Source: a virus. From it: a stretch of 64,000 bases of DNA. Below, in pieces: positions 54,728 to 64,000 of the stretch. Position 1 is the first letter of the stretch; the number at the start of each line of letters is the position of its first letter. The stretch is from IMG/VR virus record IMGVR_UViG_3300047562_003246, positions 32,001 to 96,000 of that record. The stretch is one strand, 5' to 3'. The position numbers were made by a program, and so were the translations under genes. The notes under the pieces were generated by a model. It was not told the DNA's origin. It saw only the letters and a program-made list of their open reading frames with translations, and searched no databases.

Positions 54728-57487
54728 ATGACCGGTTTTGCTCCTGGTATTGAACTACGTCGTGTTTTTGAAAACATCACTTCTGTAGCTGCTTCACGGT
54801 TAGGTGCCTATTTCTTTGGACCTGCTGCTGATGTTTACGACTACGTTGCCGGAGGTGACAACGTCGGCAAGCTTGGTCAGTATAACCCTGAAGCCACGAC
54901 TCTTGTTGATGGTGTTGCGAAAAACGTTTTTACGTATCCAGAAAAGCGTCTCGGTGGCACGGTGGATTTAGATACAACTAAGTTGTACATCACCAACGCG
55001 CTACTAAAATATTTTGAAGACACAGGCGGAAACGCTGTGAAAAAGTCGCGTAATTCAATTCATTTGGCTGACACTGTGGTGAGGTCAGGAAATGGTGCAT
55101 TTGCCGATGTCAATTTGCCTAGTCGTGAAGTACAGATTGGCGATGTTGTTCGTATTAAAGCAACTATCCCAGAAGTAGGCGCATACGAGCTTAATAGCTA
55201 TATCACCGGTTTCATCGCAGATAAAAAAGCTGTTGTTATTGGCAGCCCTGTTGCTGGCGCGGCAAACGCAGTAGAACCAGCAGGTGCGCCTGTTTCAACA
55301 GTAACTGCTGTAGCTAACGGCGCGATCGCAGCAAACTCAACGATTGAGGCAGTTGGTGATATTGAAAACTACGAAGGCTACGCTTCCGGTAGGTTACAGG
55401 AAACCTACACAATCGAAGCACTAAACAGTTCTGTCGCAGGATCTGTCGCCAACACTCGGTTTCGTATTACAAGTGCAGACGGACAAGATAACGTCGCTGA
55501 TACTTTGATCGGTAGCGGTGGTGTGCTGACAGTCGGTACCCGAGGTGCGACAGTAACTTTCACAGCTGAAGCCGGTGAATCCATTCTTATCGGACAACGA
55601 TGGGTTTTCTCAATCAAGCAAGAATACGAAGCACCTACAGTGACTATCACTGGCGCTTACACTGGAACGCGTTCACGTACTTACATCATTGAAATCGTAG
55701 AAGGTGGTGTGTTAGGGGACGATATTGTTGCAAGAGTGCTTACTGAAGACGGAAGTGACCAATCAGGACCGTTCACTCTCGTTAAGGCTGTAGGTGCTGC
55801 GACTGTACCGGTAGCACTTGGTAACTACGGGTTGTTGTTCTCTCTGGGAACTACATTTGGTTTGGTGACCGGCGATCGGTGGAAGGTTACTGCAACTGCT
55901 GCTGCGGATGACAAGATTCGAACCATCGTTTTGGCTCATTCATTAAGTGAGGCGATTACGGTCGATACGCCGATGAATATTCAAGTGGAGTTCATGCTGC
56001 GTCGTAGTATTGAAGTTCCAAGGATGCTTGGCGGAACAACAGTATGGGAAGCACGAGAAAACGACATCTTGGTTAGCCCAGGTATGACTGTTTATTTGAG
56101 TGATGTTACTGACAAGAACGGAGCTGATCTGCCACTTGAAGTGGTCAGGCCCGTTGTCAATAACGCGGATAATCAAGCCGAGCTTGCTTATCGCGTTTTT
56201 CATCCCCGATCGACCGAGCTGTTGACACTTTCGTCCGAAACGTCACTCGATACTGCTGTGCCGGGGCCGACCAGTGTCGATAATCCGCTGAAGTTAATGC
56301 TGAGCGTTGCCCGAGCAGACGCCGGTGGTGTGCCGCTTTATTATTTCTGTGTCGGTGATCCATCTGTGGAAGCGAACTGGGACGCTGCACTTAAGGCTGT
56401 CACGTTTACAACGCAAGTCAACGGTCTTGTACCGTTGACACAAGATCCTGTGATTCAGCAAAAAGTACACGCTCACGCTGTTGCGATGTCAGGTCCTCTA
56501 GTCAAACGATGGCGACGTGCTTGGTTGTCTTTGTCGATGAACAAAGTCAAACAAATTACCAACGCCGACGAAGTTGAACTGGCAACTATTCTCGATGACC
56601 CAGACACCGCCGGACTCCAGTCGACTCTGGTAGGTTTCACCAGCGAAGTTGATTTGCTGGACCTAGGAGTACGTCCTGGTGACGTGTTGCGATACAACTA
56701 CGGAATCGACCTACATGGGAATGTCACTTACGACGAAGCTGTGATCGATCGTGTTATCAACGCTGACACGCTAAAGCTGAAAACTTCGATCGGCGAACCA
56801 GAAATCATTGCTCGCAAAGTTGAAATCCATCGCAACCTACAGGGCGCTGATTTTATTCCAGAGTTTCAATCGAAGCTTACGGCTTACGATGAGTTTGCCC
56901 GAGTGTTCATGCCTGAGTATCAGATCGGTACGCAGACTGTACCTGGGTTTTACGCCGCAGGAGCCATGGCCGCTCGAAGATCTGGTTACCTGCCACATCG
57001 TCCTATGACCAATACGGATGTAAACACTTTCACAGGAACACCGTGGGAAGACTTGTTCGAAGAAAGCGACATTAACGACCTAGCTTTTGCAGGTATGTTC
57101 TTGTTTACCCGAGACCCGGCTTCTGGTCTGATAACGGTTCGTCACGCAATCACGGCTGGTGATTACACTAATGTGCTGTTACGAGAAGAATCGGTCCAGG
57201 CCAATGCTGACGACTTGTCGTTTAGAGTCGCGGCAAAGTTGTCGCCTATCTTTGGTAAACTCAACCGAAACACTCAGACACTAGCGAGGATCAATACAGA
57301 GATTGCTTCGCTGGCTAACGAGATCGCAAGTGAAGGCATTAATAGTCCCTACGGGCCGCAGGTTATATCACTCGATTCGTCTGGTTCCAGATTTTCACCC
57401 GCAGAACGAGATACCATTCTTGTTGATATAATCGGTGAAACGCAGGTACCTGCCAACAGAATCAGAACGACTATGTATTTCGTGTAA
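54728..57487 (+). CDS. contractile tail sheath protein
   Basis: 919 aa; C-terminal RHAIT..EES...NAD...L....GK.N...QVPANRI sheath-like domain; followed by a tube-sized gene. Confidence 0.8.
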   Translation: MTGFAPGIELRRVFENITSVAASRLGAYFFGPAADVYDYVAGGDNVGKLGQYNPEATTLVDGVAKNVFTYPEKRLGGTVDLDTTKLYITNALLKYFEDTGGNAVKKSRNSIHLADTVVRSGNGAFADVNLPSREVQIGDVVRIKATIPEVGAYELNSYITGFIADKKAVVIGSPVAGAANAVEPAGAPVSTVTAVANGAIAANSTIEAVGDIENYEGYASGRLQETYTIEALNSSVAGSVANTRFRITSADGQDNVADTLIGSGGVLTVGTRGATVTFTAEAGESILIGQRWVFSIKQEYEAPTVTITGAYTGTRSRTYIIEIVEGGVLGDDIVARVLTEDGSDQSGPFTLVKAVGAATVPVALGNYGLLFSLGTTFGLVTGDRWKVTATAAADDKIRTIVLAHSLSEAITVDTPMNIQVEFMLRRSIEVPRMLGGTTVWEARENDILVSPGMTVYLSDVTDKNGADLPLEVVRPVVNNADNQAELAYRVFHPRSTELLTLSSETSLDTAVPGPTSVDNPLKLMLSVARADAGGVPLYYFCVGDPSVEANWDAALKAVTFTTQVNGLVPLTQDPVIQQKVHAHAVAMSGPLVKRWRRAWLSLSMNKVKQITNADEVELATILDDPDTAGLQSTLVGFTSEVDLLDLGVRPGDVLRYNYGIDLHGNVTYDEAVIDRVINADTLKLKTSIGEPEIIARKVEIHRNLQGADFIPEFQSKLTAYDEFARVFMPEYQIGTQTVPGFYAAGAMAARRSGYLPHRPMTNTDVNTFTGTPWEDLFEESDINDLAFAGMFLFTRDPASGLITVRHAITAGDYTNVLLREESVQANADDLSFRVAAKLSPIFGKLNRNTQTLARINTEIASLANEIASEGINSPYGPQVISLDSSGSRFSPAERDTILVDIIGETQVPANRIRTTMYFV

Positions 57488-57511
57488 TTCACGATATCAG
57501 GATTTTCCAAT

Positions 57512-58024
57512 ATGAATGACGTATTCGGCGCAAAGAGTCAGGTTTTCGGTGGAGCATTTTCTGCCGATGAATCTGAAATTCAGTTCGGCCTATCTAACGG
57601 CAATCAAGACAGTGACGAGCTGGGTCTAGCGATCGAGCAAGCACAATTCCAGTACATGCAGCGTATTGGTAAAGCATTCGATATCACTCGAAACGCTGTT
57701 TATGTCATTCGTGGTCGCAGCGAAGGTAACGGCACGTTCAACCAAATTGCTGGTGTGCGAGCTATCACTGAAGAGTTTCTTCGTACCTACGCTGATGTCT
57801 GTTCGATGGATAAGAACATTTTGAACTTTGAAACAAGTTCAGGCTGCGGTACGACCCGAGAAGTTCGGGAAGCTTTCCGATTGCAGTCGTTGCTTTTGAT
57901 CGGCATCAGCCAACAGGTTTCTGGTGAAGATATGATGATCCGCCGAGGTTTGCCATTTACGTTCTTATCGCTTGAACACCAAACGGCTCAGGCAACGCGA
58001 ACTGCTGTTAATACCTTAGTCTAG
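57512..58024 (+). CDS. tail tube protein
   Basis: 170 aa directly after the sheath gene; Q..Q....FD......Y...GR.EG pattern. Confidence 0.65.
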   Translation: MNDVFGAKSQVFGGAFSADESEIQFGLSNGNQDSDELGLAIEQAQFQYMQRIGKAFDITRNAVYVIRGRSEGNGTFNQIAGVRAITEEFLRTYADVCSMDKNILNFETSSGCGTTREVREAFRLQSLLLIGISQQVSGEDMMIRRGLPFTFLSLEHQTAQATRTAVNTLV

Positions 58025-58107
58025 CTGTAGCTGTCAGCGAGTTTATCTCTAAACTTAAGCTAGCTTACGTTAGAATACGTCTTGTTTCTTTTATACAAGG
58101 CGTATTC

Positions 58108-60720
58108 ATGACAAAAAACTCTGATTTCGGCGCAGGGATTATTGACGAAGTTCTATTCGTTATGGCTTCGATTCCTGTCTATGATCCCAACGAACCTTAC
58201 AGTGACGTTTTCGGCTTAAGGGCCTCTGCGGAAAGGTCTACGCTTCCAGACGCACAGCTTGTTACCGGCACTGTTCATTTGGTTTTTCCTTACGTAAGTT
58301 ACGCCAAGCTCCAGGGAGACCATGGTCGCGGTGTTATAAGATGCTTCACAGGTTCGCTAACCCAGGTACCTAACCATCTACAAGCGTTCCATGTGTCTGC
58401 TGACCTAGACACGAATATCGGTACGCTTGTACATAAGACACCGCAAAATAGAATCCTTAGCCGTGACAGCTACAGTGACGTTGTTGTACACGGTTCAGGT
58501 GTAGGATTTTACGCACAAGAAGTTTATCGAAAACAGTTTGATACTTACGACAACTGCGGTGTGCTGGATTTTAATACCGGTGAACCGTTCGATCAGTTAC
58601 CGGGAGATTGGGGACATATTTTCAGTACAGGCGTAGGTATACATGCAGATGAATTGATGTTATTTATGCGTGTGAGCGAGACCTGCGGTGTGTTTGGTTA
58701 TTACATTGATTCGGTTTTGCGTATCGCTGGTGAGCAATTAGAGATAGAGTCCGACGCTCACTTACAGAAATTTGGGAATGACACGGGTGAGCTATATCAG
58801 GAAAGTAGCTATTTTTATACGCCATGGGAGATGCAAGGATTTTTTGATCCCAACTACCAACAGGACAATATCAAAACAAACGATCCAGCTAAGGTTGCCC
58901 GTGAAGGTGGGTTTGTATGGGAACCGAATAACTCAGACCAGAAACAGTTTGCAAGGTTTACCGAATACGGAGGCTATCTCAGTCAAGGAAGCCTACTGGT
59001 TTGTGGAGCAATATCTGAAGATATCAAAGAAATTACACAGTCCGATCTTGAAAAACAAAGTGGACTAGCTAAACAGTATTTTGGTGTCGGTGGTCAAGTA
59101 TTAATCGAGTCAGCTAAACGTATCACTATTGCAAAATCGGCTGTAGGTTATGTTCCTGTAAGAAAACAAAATCCGGACAGTACAGCCGAGGAAGCAGACA
59201 ACCTGGATAACTATAAGTTCAGCGGTGTATTTGGCGAAGGAGATGACCATGTTTATAAGGATCTTCGACCGACTCACGAGGATCCACATATACGTGCTGC
59301 TGGCGATCAAGTTTATGCGATGGATTTGTTTGCCATCGATAGTGCGTATAGCTGCCTACATGTATTTGCACAACATAAAAATGATTTTGCAATTAGCTCT
59401 CCGGCAACGCTTCAAGAAAACGCTGGATTAGATTTTTCTAGTTTATCCTCGTCCGATAGGATATTACCGCCAGCAGGCTCAGATCTACATTTAGATCGCG
59501 ATAAACTGCAAAAGCTTTTTCAGTTGGCTAGCCTAATTCAGCTTACTGACGAGGGCGCAATAATTATTCAGGAAGCTATGGGCGGTAGCATTACGCTCAA
59601 AAACGGTGTAATTACACTCAGCGGTACATCTATTCGATTGCACGGAGGCAAAGCTGTTCATATAGCAGGTGGTAGAGTTATTTCTAGATCTGTACTCGAT
59701 ACTGACATACTGTCAGGACATGGACGTGTTCGCATAAAGTCCGAAAAAGACTTCATGCTTGTGGCTGCATGCGGTGGTACTGGAGGAGTACTTATTGAAA
59801 ATCGCGGAACAGGAGCTACACATAGTTTTCCAGCTGAACCCGATGATATTCAGGTAGCTGGTGTAGTTATTAAAAGTTCAAAGACCCCGTTTCAAGTCTT
59901 ATCTGCCGGGACTTATATTCGTTCTGGTATAGATGCGGCGAAAGTTTCCCCTGGCGATATTATTCTTGACGCTGCTGCTGGTAAGTCAAATATTATTACT
60001 AGATCTTCAGAGATAAATCAATTTGTCTCCTCACATGTTTGGACGTTGTTTGGTACTTCGCCCAATAATATCTCTATAGCAAACGTATCTAACAGTACTT
60101 ACAGTAAATTCGGTGCTTGGCTAGGTATTGACGGTAGTGTTGTTGTTAGCGGAGGTATACAAGCGCAAGACAACATCATTTCAGCCGGGGTTGTTGGTAC
60201 GGCTCAGTATCCGCAGAAAGTCAAAGATGCTGTCAATCAAATGAACAAACAACTAGAAGACGATATCAAACGTTCGAGGGAAGTTTTAACGTCTAGAGTT
60301 GAAGTGCAGTATGAAAAGGCCGGTAAAGCAGGTAATAACACAACAGCTGCCAGTATTAGCTTCGGTTTCCCATCTTCCGATCGCTACAACGCCGGTAAAG
60401 TTGTTTTTGCTGAGCCTTATTGGCAGAAGCTTGTAAATGCGACGAGCAGTAACATCGCTCAAGGCTGGCAAGAACCGGTAGTTAAGTACAAACCCGATAG
60501 AGATAGCCGTGATACTCACGCTTGGCCTGGACAAGAAGCTTGGTCTGAGTCCAAAAACTGGGTAAAGTCAGATGATACAAAAGTTGGGCTGTTTGATGTT
60601 AAAAAGCAAACGCCGAAGCACCCCGTTACAGACAAAGAAAAATATCTTACTGTGATGGAACAAGAAGAGTTACCACTTAAAACCGACACGATTGCAAACG
60701 GACTGAAGTATTTACCATGA
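58108..60720 (+). CDS. baseplate hub/spike (gp5/VgrG-like) protein
   Basis: 870 aa after the tube gene; beta-helix-like run IIIQEAMGGSITLKNGVITLSGTSIRL. Confidence 0.5.
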   Translation: MTKNSDFGAGIIDEVLFVMASIPVYDPNEPYSDVFGLRASAERSTLPDAQLVTGTVHLVFPYVSYAKLQGDHGRGVIRCFTGSLTQVPNHLQAFHVSADLDTNIGTLVHKTPQNRILSRDSYSDVVVHGSGVGFYAQEVYRKQFDTYDNCGVLDFNTGEPFDQLPGDWGHIFSTGVGIHADELMLFMRVSETCGVFGYYIDSVLRIAGEQLEIESDAHLQKFGNDTGELYQESSYFYTPWEMQGFFDPNYQQDNIKTNDPAKVAREGGFVWEPNNSDQKQFARFTEYGGYLSQGSLLVCGAISEDIKEITQSDLEKQSGLAKQYFGVGGQVLIESAKRITIAKSAVGYVPVRKQNPDSTAEEADNLDNYKFSGVFGEGDDHVYKDLRPTHEDPHIRAAGDQVYAMDLFAIDSAYSCLHVFAQHKNDFAISSPATLQENAGLDFSSLSSSDRILPPAGSDLHLDRDKLQKLFQLASLIQLTDEGAIIIQEAMGGSITLKNGVITLSGTSIRLHGGKAVHIAGGRVISRSVLDTDILSGHGRVRIKSEKDFMLVAACGGTGGVLIENRGTGATHSFPAEPDDIQVAGVVIKSSKTPFQVLSAGTYIRSGIDAAKVSPGDIILDAAAGKSNIITRSSEINQFVSSHVWTLFGTSPNNISIANVSNSTYSKFGAWLGIDGSVVVSGGIQAQDNIISAGVVGTAQYPQKVKDAVNQMNKQLEDDIKRSREVLTSRVEVQYEKAGKAGNNTTAASISFGFPSSDRYNAGKVVFAEPYWQKLVNATSSNIAQGWQEPVVKYKPDRDSRDTHAWPGQEAWSESKNWVKSDDTKVGLFDVKKQTPKHPVTDKEKYLTVMEQEELPLKTDTIANGLKYLP

Positions 60721-61628
60721 ACTCTGATTTTATGTCGTCAAGTAGGCCAGCTTCTTTGATCCCAGTCAAAGAGTTATTATCTAACGAGCGAGAAGCCTTG
60801 ACCAAGTTGGGATTAGCACTCGATCAACACGAATACGTGGCAACTGACCTTGCGTCCCGCTTAGACAAAAACCCAGGACTTGATGCGAATCAGGTTAACT
60901 CACTGGCTCTCGATGAATGGAGAGACGAAGATGAGCTATCGACGCTACATCCAGACATCGCAGCTAGTCTGCGTGAAACGCTCGGACAAGAAACAATCAA
61001 AAGTCGTCCGCTTAATGAAATCGTGCAGGATCTTGACGAACAGCCTGATGCGCCTAAAGAAAAAACCGCGCAGGATCCTACAAAACAGGATCAAGAGTCG
61101 ACTGAAGAAGCACTCGCCCAAGTGGTAAGTTCATTAAGTGAGCTGAGAAAGCGGGAGCGAGAGGCGTACCGTAAGCGTGTTAGTGAAGAAGATCGTAATG
61201 CCTTGCTCGAAGAAGCAATGACGGGCAAACAGTTTGAAAAGATATTCAAGCTGCTCAACGGTAAACTAATCATTTGCCTAAGCACAATCACCGCCGAACA
61301 ATCTGACGATATTTCAAAGTATTGTTCAAAACAAGTCAACGTTGTCGGCAGCATGACAACTGATAGTTACCAGATGATGCGGGCTAAGATCAAAGCCGCT
61401 GTCAGACTTAAATACGTTGTCAGTAACGGTAACTTTATGTACCAGCGAGAGGAAGGAAAAGCGGTTGAAGATATTCAGTCGCAGGTTTACAAGACTATCG
61501 CAAACAGTGAAATGTTTAGATTGATGCTTGCAAATTGCGACAAAGAATTCAACATGATCCTCGACTGCATCATGGAGGAGATGACTCGCGATGTTTTTAT
61601 AAATCCCGCGCTAGAAGGCATTGGCTGA
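60717..61628 (+). CDS. tail assembly chaperone (G-like)
   Basis: Two ORFs upstream of the tape measure gene; overlaps a -1 frame ORF; contains 14-mer copy 9. Confidence 0.6.
   Translation: MNSDFMSSSRPASLIPVKELLSNEREALTKLGLALDQHEYVATDLASRLDKNPGLDANQVNSLALDEWRDEDELSTLHPDIAASLRETLGQETIKSRPLNEIVQDLDEQPDAPKEKTAQDPTKQDQESTEEALAQVVSSLSELRKREREAYRKRVSEEDRNALLEEAMTGKQFEKIFKLLNGKLIICLSTITAEQSDDISKYCSKQVNVVGSMTTDSYQMMRAKIKAAVRLKYVVSNGNFMYQREEGKAVEDIQSQVYKTIANSEMFRLMLANCDKEFNMILDCIMEEMTRDVFINPALEGIG
61068..61081 (+). repeat. dispersed 14-mer, copy 9
   Basis: Exact match; KTAQDPT. Confidence 0.95.
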
Positions 61629-62017
61629 AATTACTAACGCGGGGAATTATCGCAGCACCCGTACCGTTGCCTCTCGGATGGAGAGGCGAAGTATGGAAGG
61701 CGATTCTTGATGTTGCTTGTGACAGACGTGTTGAAGAGGTGCTTACGATTGCACAAATCAATATGCTCAGTCATAGAACCAACGCAGCCGAAGCACTCAA
61801 CAATGCGTTCTTGTCGCTTAATAACATTTTGAAGTTCCAGAGACTTACTCCGAGTTTGATTAAAGAACTCAAATTATTCAAGCAACAAGAAAGATATAAA
61901 CGCAGATACGGGATGGACATCAATGATCCTGAAATGCAGCGTAGAATTGAGAAGACAGTGCAGGGTATGCGAAAGCGAAGACTACAAGCTCGCAAAGAAC
62001 ATTTAGATAAGAATTAA
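61595..62017 (+). CDS. -1 frameshift extension of the tail chaperone (GT-like)
   Basis: ORF 61535-62017 has no early ATG or SD, is -1 relative to 60717, and overlaps at GTT TTT ATA AA (61593-61603). Confidence 0.6.
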   Translation, partial: FYKSRARRHWLKLLTRGIIAAPVPLPLGWRGEVWKAILDVACDRRVEEVLTIAQINMLSHRTNAAEALNNAFLSLNNILKFQRLTPSLIKELKLFKQQERYKRRYGMDINDPEMQRRIEKTVQGMRKRRLQARKEHLDKN

Positions 62018-62028
62018 ACGGTACTGCT

Positions 62029-64000
62029 GTGGACGAGTTTGAAATTTTCTACGGAAATCAATTTACAAATCCTCAGCAGTTCGCCGGAGACATGTACAAC
62101 TCAATGTCTGGCGGGAGTAGTCCATACAGATACACAGGTGGGTACGGTAGTCTCTTAGATTCTTTCACAGGAAGGACCCGACAAGAAGCTAGATTCGAGC
62201 TTCGTGACGCGATGAATCGTTACGAAGCTGAACGAATTATGCACATGACCAGAGCGGTGCTTAATTCTGGGGCGCAGGGATTAACACAGCAGCAACGAGC
62301 AATATTTGAGGACTTCTCAAGAAACGGTGTAACAGGTACAGGTATCATGGCTCTGTCTAGAGCCGGTATCGAGCTACCAACAGATACCGTAAGAGCAGCT
62401 ATGGGTATCGATCAAGCTTTAAGCTCGATGACAGACCCGATTTCTGGTACGTATTCGATGGACGCTACCCATCGTGCCAAGATAGCTGCGCATACAACTG
62501 CAATGCTGTATATGCCTGGACAAGGCAGAATCATGGCTGGCGGTTTGTCTGGTGCCGAAATGTCTCACTTGGCTCAGTACATGGGTTCTCGTCGTGAGCT
62601 TGTCGGTGGCGCTGAAGTAGAAGCAGATATCGACGCTTATATGCGTATGCGTAACGATGTCACTGCTGGAGGCAAGTATGGACCAGAACTAACAGCCGAG
62701 CGAGCTGAGAAACTTGACACGATGTTAGATCTTGCCACTAAGCGAGCAGCTGCTTCGGATCCGGACGCGTCTCAACAAGAAATAGACGATGCAGCAATAG
62801 AGTATGCCAACGCTTTAGATGCAGAAATAGCTAAGCGTATCGCAAAAAATTTATCGGAGAGAGCAAAAACAGTTTCAGTTATGAAAAGGCACTTTCGTAA
62901 TCACGAAGGTAGAGAATTAACTGATCCTGAGGCAATGCAATTTATTGAGGCAATTACTGGTGGTACTTCGATGATGGGAGCCGCCGAGGCTACCAGAGTC
63001 GCTGCTATGACGAGTCAGCTTTCTATTGCGTCAGGATTAACTGGCGAGCAAGTAACACTTCTTCACCAGCGAGCAAGACAATTTGTTGATAGTGGTCGAA
63101 TGGCAAATACCGGACTAGGTAATTACGCTGCTTTATCTGCTGGCGCACTTAATACCGCACAACAATCTCTGGGAACATTTAGCGGAGAAAACCCGTTATT
63201 TGGTATCGGTTCTGCAAATGTTGAATTAGAAGAAGAAGCTTATCGTGCTTCAATGTTTGCTGGCAGCGATATGAATCAAGCAAAAATTGCGATGTATCGC
63301 CTTCGAGGGATGGTTGGGAATTTAGAAGACGGCAAGGTTAAAAACCTACTAACAAAATTAGATCAAGGACAACGCTTAAGTAAAGAAGATATGGATTTTC
63401 TTAAAGATCCATCGGCTGTACAAATCGAAATGGAAAAAGCAGCACCAGGCGTAGGTAGTTCATTTGTAGCCGGGCTAATTGGTGATGAGCGTGGAAACGC
63501 AGAATATGCTTTCTACAACAAAGAAAACGCTATGGCCGGTCAAAGAGATATTCAGTACCAAGATATGCGCAACGATTTAGATGAAAATATACAAGGTATC
63601 GTAGCGTCCTATCAAGACGAAGGCGGCATACTTGGCACAAATCTTACAGAAGAACAGCAGCTAGGGCTTACTCGAAGTGTTGTCGATGACTTCACACGCA
63701 TGACTCCGGAACAGATCGGACAGGTCATGGGTGAGACCGAGGAAGGTAGAACGCTCGGTATTCAATATGCTAAACAAGCTTTGCTCAATGCGATCGATCG
63801 TGGTGAAATAGCCCAAATGTCTGATGCTGAACTAGAACAGGCAGCTAGGGCAACGTACTTACAAGCAAGAGGTGCTGTTGGTGCGACGACCGGTTACGGA
63901 GAAAGCTCTTCTGAACTTTTGGTTGACTTAAACCCAGATACGCAGCGTAAGGCTTATCGCACCGAAAAAGTCATGCAGGTCATGGCCGACATTGAAAAAG
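62029..64000 (+). CDS. tape measure protein (5' part, runs off the window; absent from the ORF track)
   Basis: Open frame from GTG 62029 (VDEFEIFYGNQFTNPQQFAGDMYNS...) to the window end; Ala/Gln/Glu-rich helical; follows the chaperone pair. Confidence 0.7.
   Translation, partial: MDEFEIFYGNQFTNPQQFAGDMYNSMSGGSSPYRYTGGYGSLLDSFTGRTRQEARFELRDAMNRYEAERIMHMTRAVLNSGAQGLTQQQRAIFEDFSRNGVTGTGIMALSRAGIELPTDTVRAAMGIDQALSSMTDPISGTYSMDATHRAKIAAHTTAMLYMPGQGRIMAGGLSGAEMSHLAQYMGSRRELVGGAEVEADIDAYMRMRNDVTAGGKYGPELTAERAEKLDTMLDLATKRAAASDPDASQQEIDDAAIEYANALDAEIAKRIAKNLSERAKTVSVMKRHFRNHEGRELTDPEAMQFIEAITGGTSMMGAAEATRVAAMTSQLSIASGLTGEQVTLLHQRARQFVDSGRMANTGLGNYAALSAGALNTAQQSLGTFSGENPLFGIGSANVELEEEAYRASMFAGSDMNQAKIAMYRLRGMVGNLEDGKVKNLLTKLDQGQRLSKEDMDFLKDPSAVQIEMEKAAPGVGSSFVAGLIGDERGNAEYAFYNKENAMAGQRDIQYQDMRNDLDENIQGIVASYQDEGGILGTNLTEEQQLGLTRSVVDDFTRMTPEQIGQVMGETEEGRTLGIQYAKQALLNAIDRGEIAQMSDAELEQAARATYLQARGAVGATTGYGESSSELLVDLNPDTQRKAYRTEKVMQVMADIEK

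Noticed and set aside
8585-58078. Late-promoter consensus from TAGAAT/TACAAT hexamers upstream of 8638, 51838 and 58108
   Set aside because: Only -10-like hexamers with no consistent upstream element; cannot be supported without motif statistics.
101-61995. All minus-strand ORFs in the track
   Set aside because: They lie antisense to well-supported plus-strand genes and lack motifs or RBS; consistent with shadow ORFs.
1-64000. Alternative genetic code (stop-codon reassignment), as in some large phages
   Set aside because: Very long ORFs are intact under the standard code, and TAA, TAG and TGA all end tightly packed genes.

Overview
This window is a 64-kb fragment of a large contractile-tailed (myovirus-type) phage genome, with essentially all credible genes on the + strand. 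Layout: (i) 1-7.5 kb, accessory/early islands of small genes separated by hairpins and T8-T10 tracts, including an alpha/beta hydrolase, a RusA-like nuclease split over two overlapping frames, a tRNA-like RNA, a DHH-like protein, a PvcA/isocyanide-synthase-like protein and an I78-like protease inhibitor; (ii) 7.6-28 kb, tail-tip/fibre/Ig-like virion proteins plus a TM-PAS protein, a permuted NlpC/P60 enzyme and a second small early-type island at 19.2-20.0 kb; (iii) 28-53 kb, head module with the C-terminal half of an RNA polymerase beta-prime subunit, K-x-A-rich head proteins, prohead protease, scaffold and major capsid protein, interrupted by an exported-protein cassette (subtilisin, two CxxCH c-type cytochrome-like proteins, CAP protein) of Planctomycete style; (iv) 52-64 kb, neck, sheath, tube, baseplate hub, frameshifted tail chaperones and the start of the tape measure gene. 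The strongest unexplained signal is an invariant pseudo-palindromic 14-mer, GCGCAGGATCCTAC, present 9 times, mostly inside coding sequence, on both strands and in several reading frames. Family assignments come from motif recognition by eye, not database searches. A Planctomycetota host is an inference. No portal, terminase, CRISPR array, integrase or reverse transcriptase was seen.
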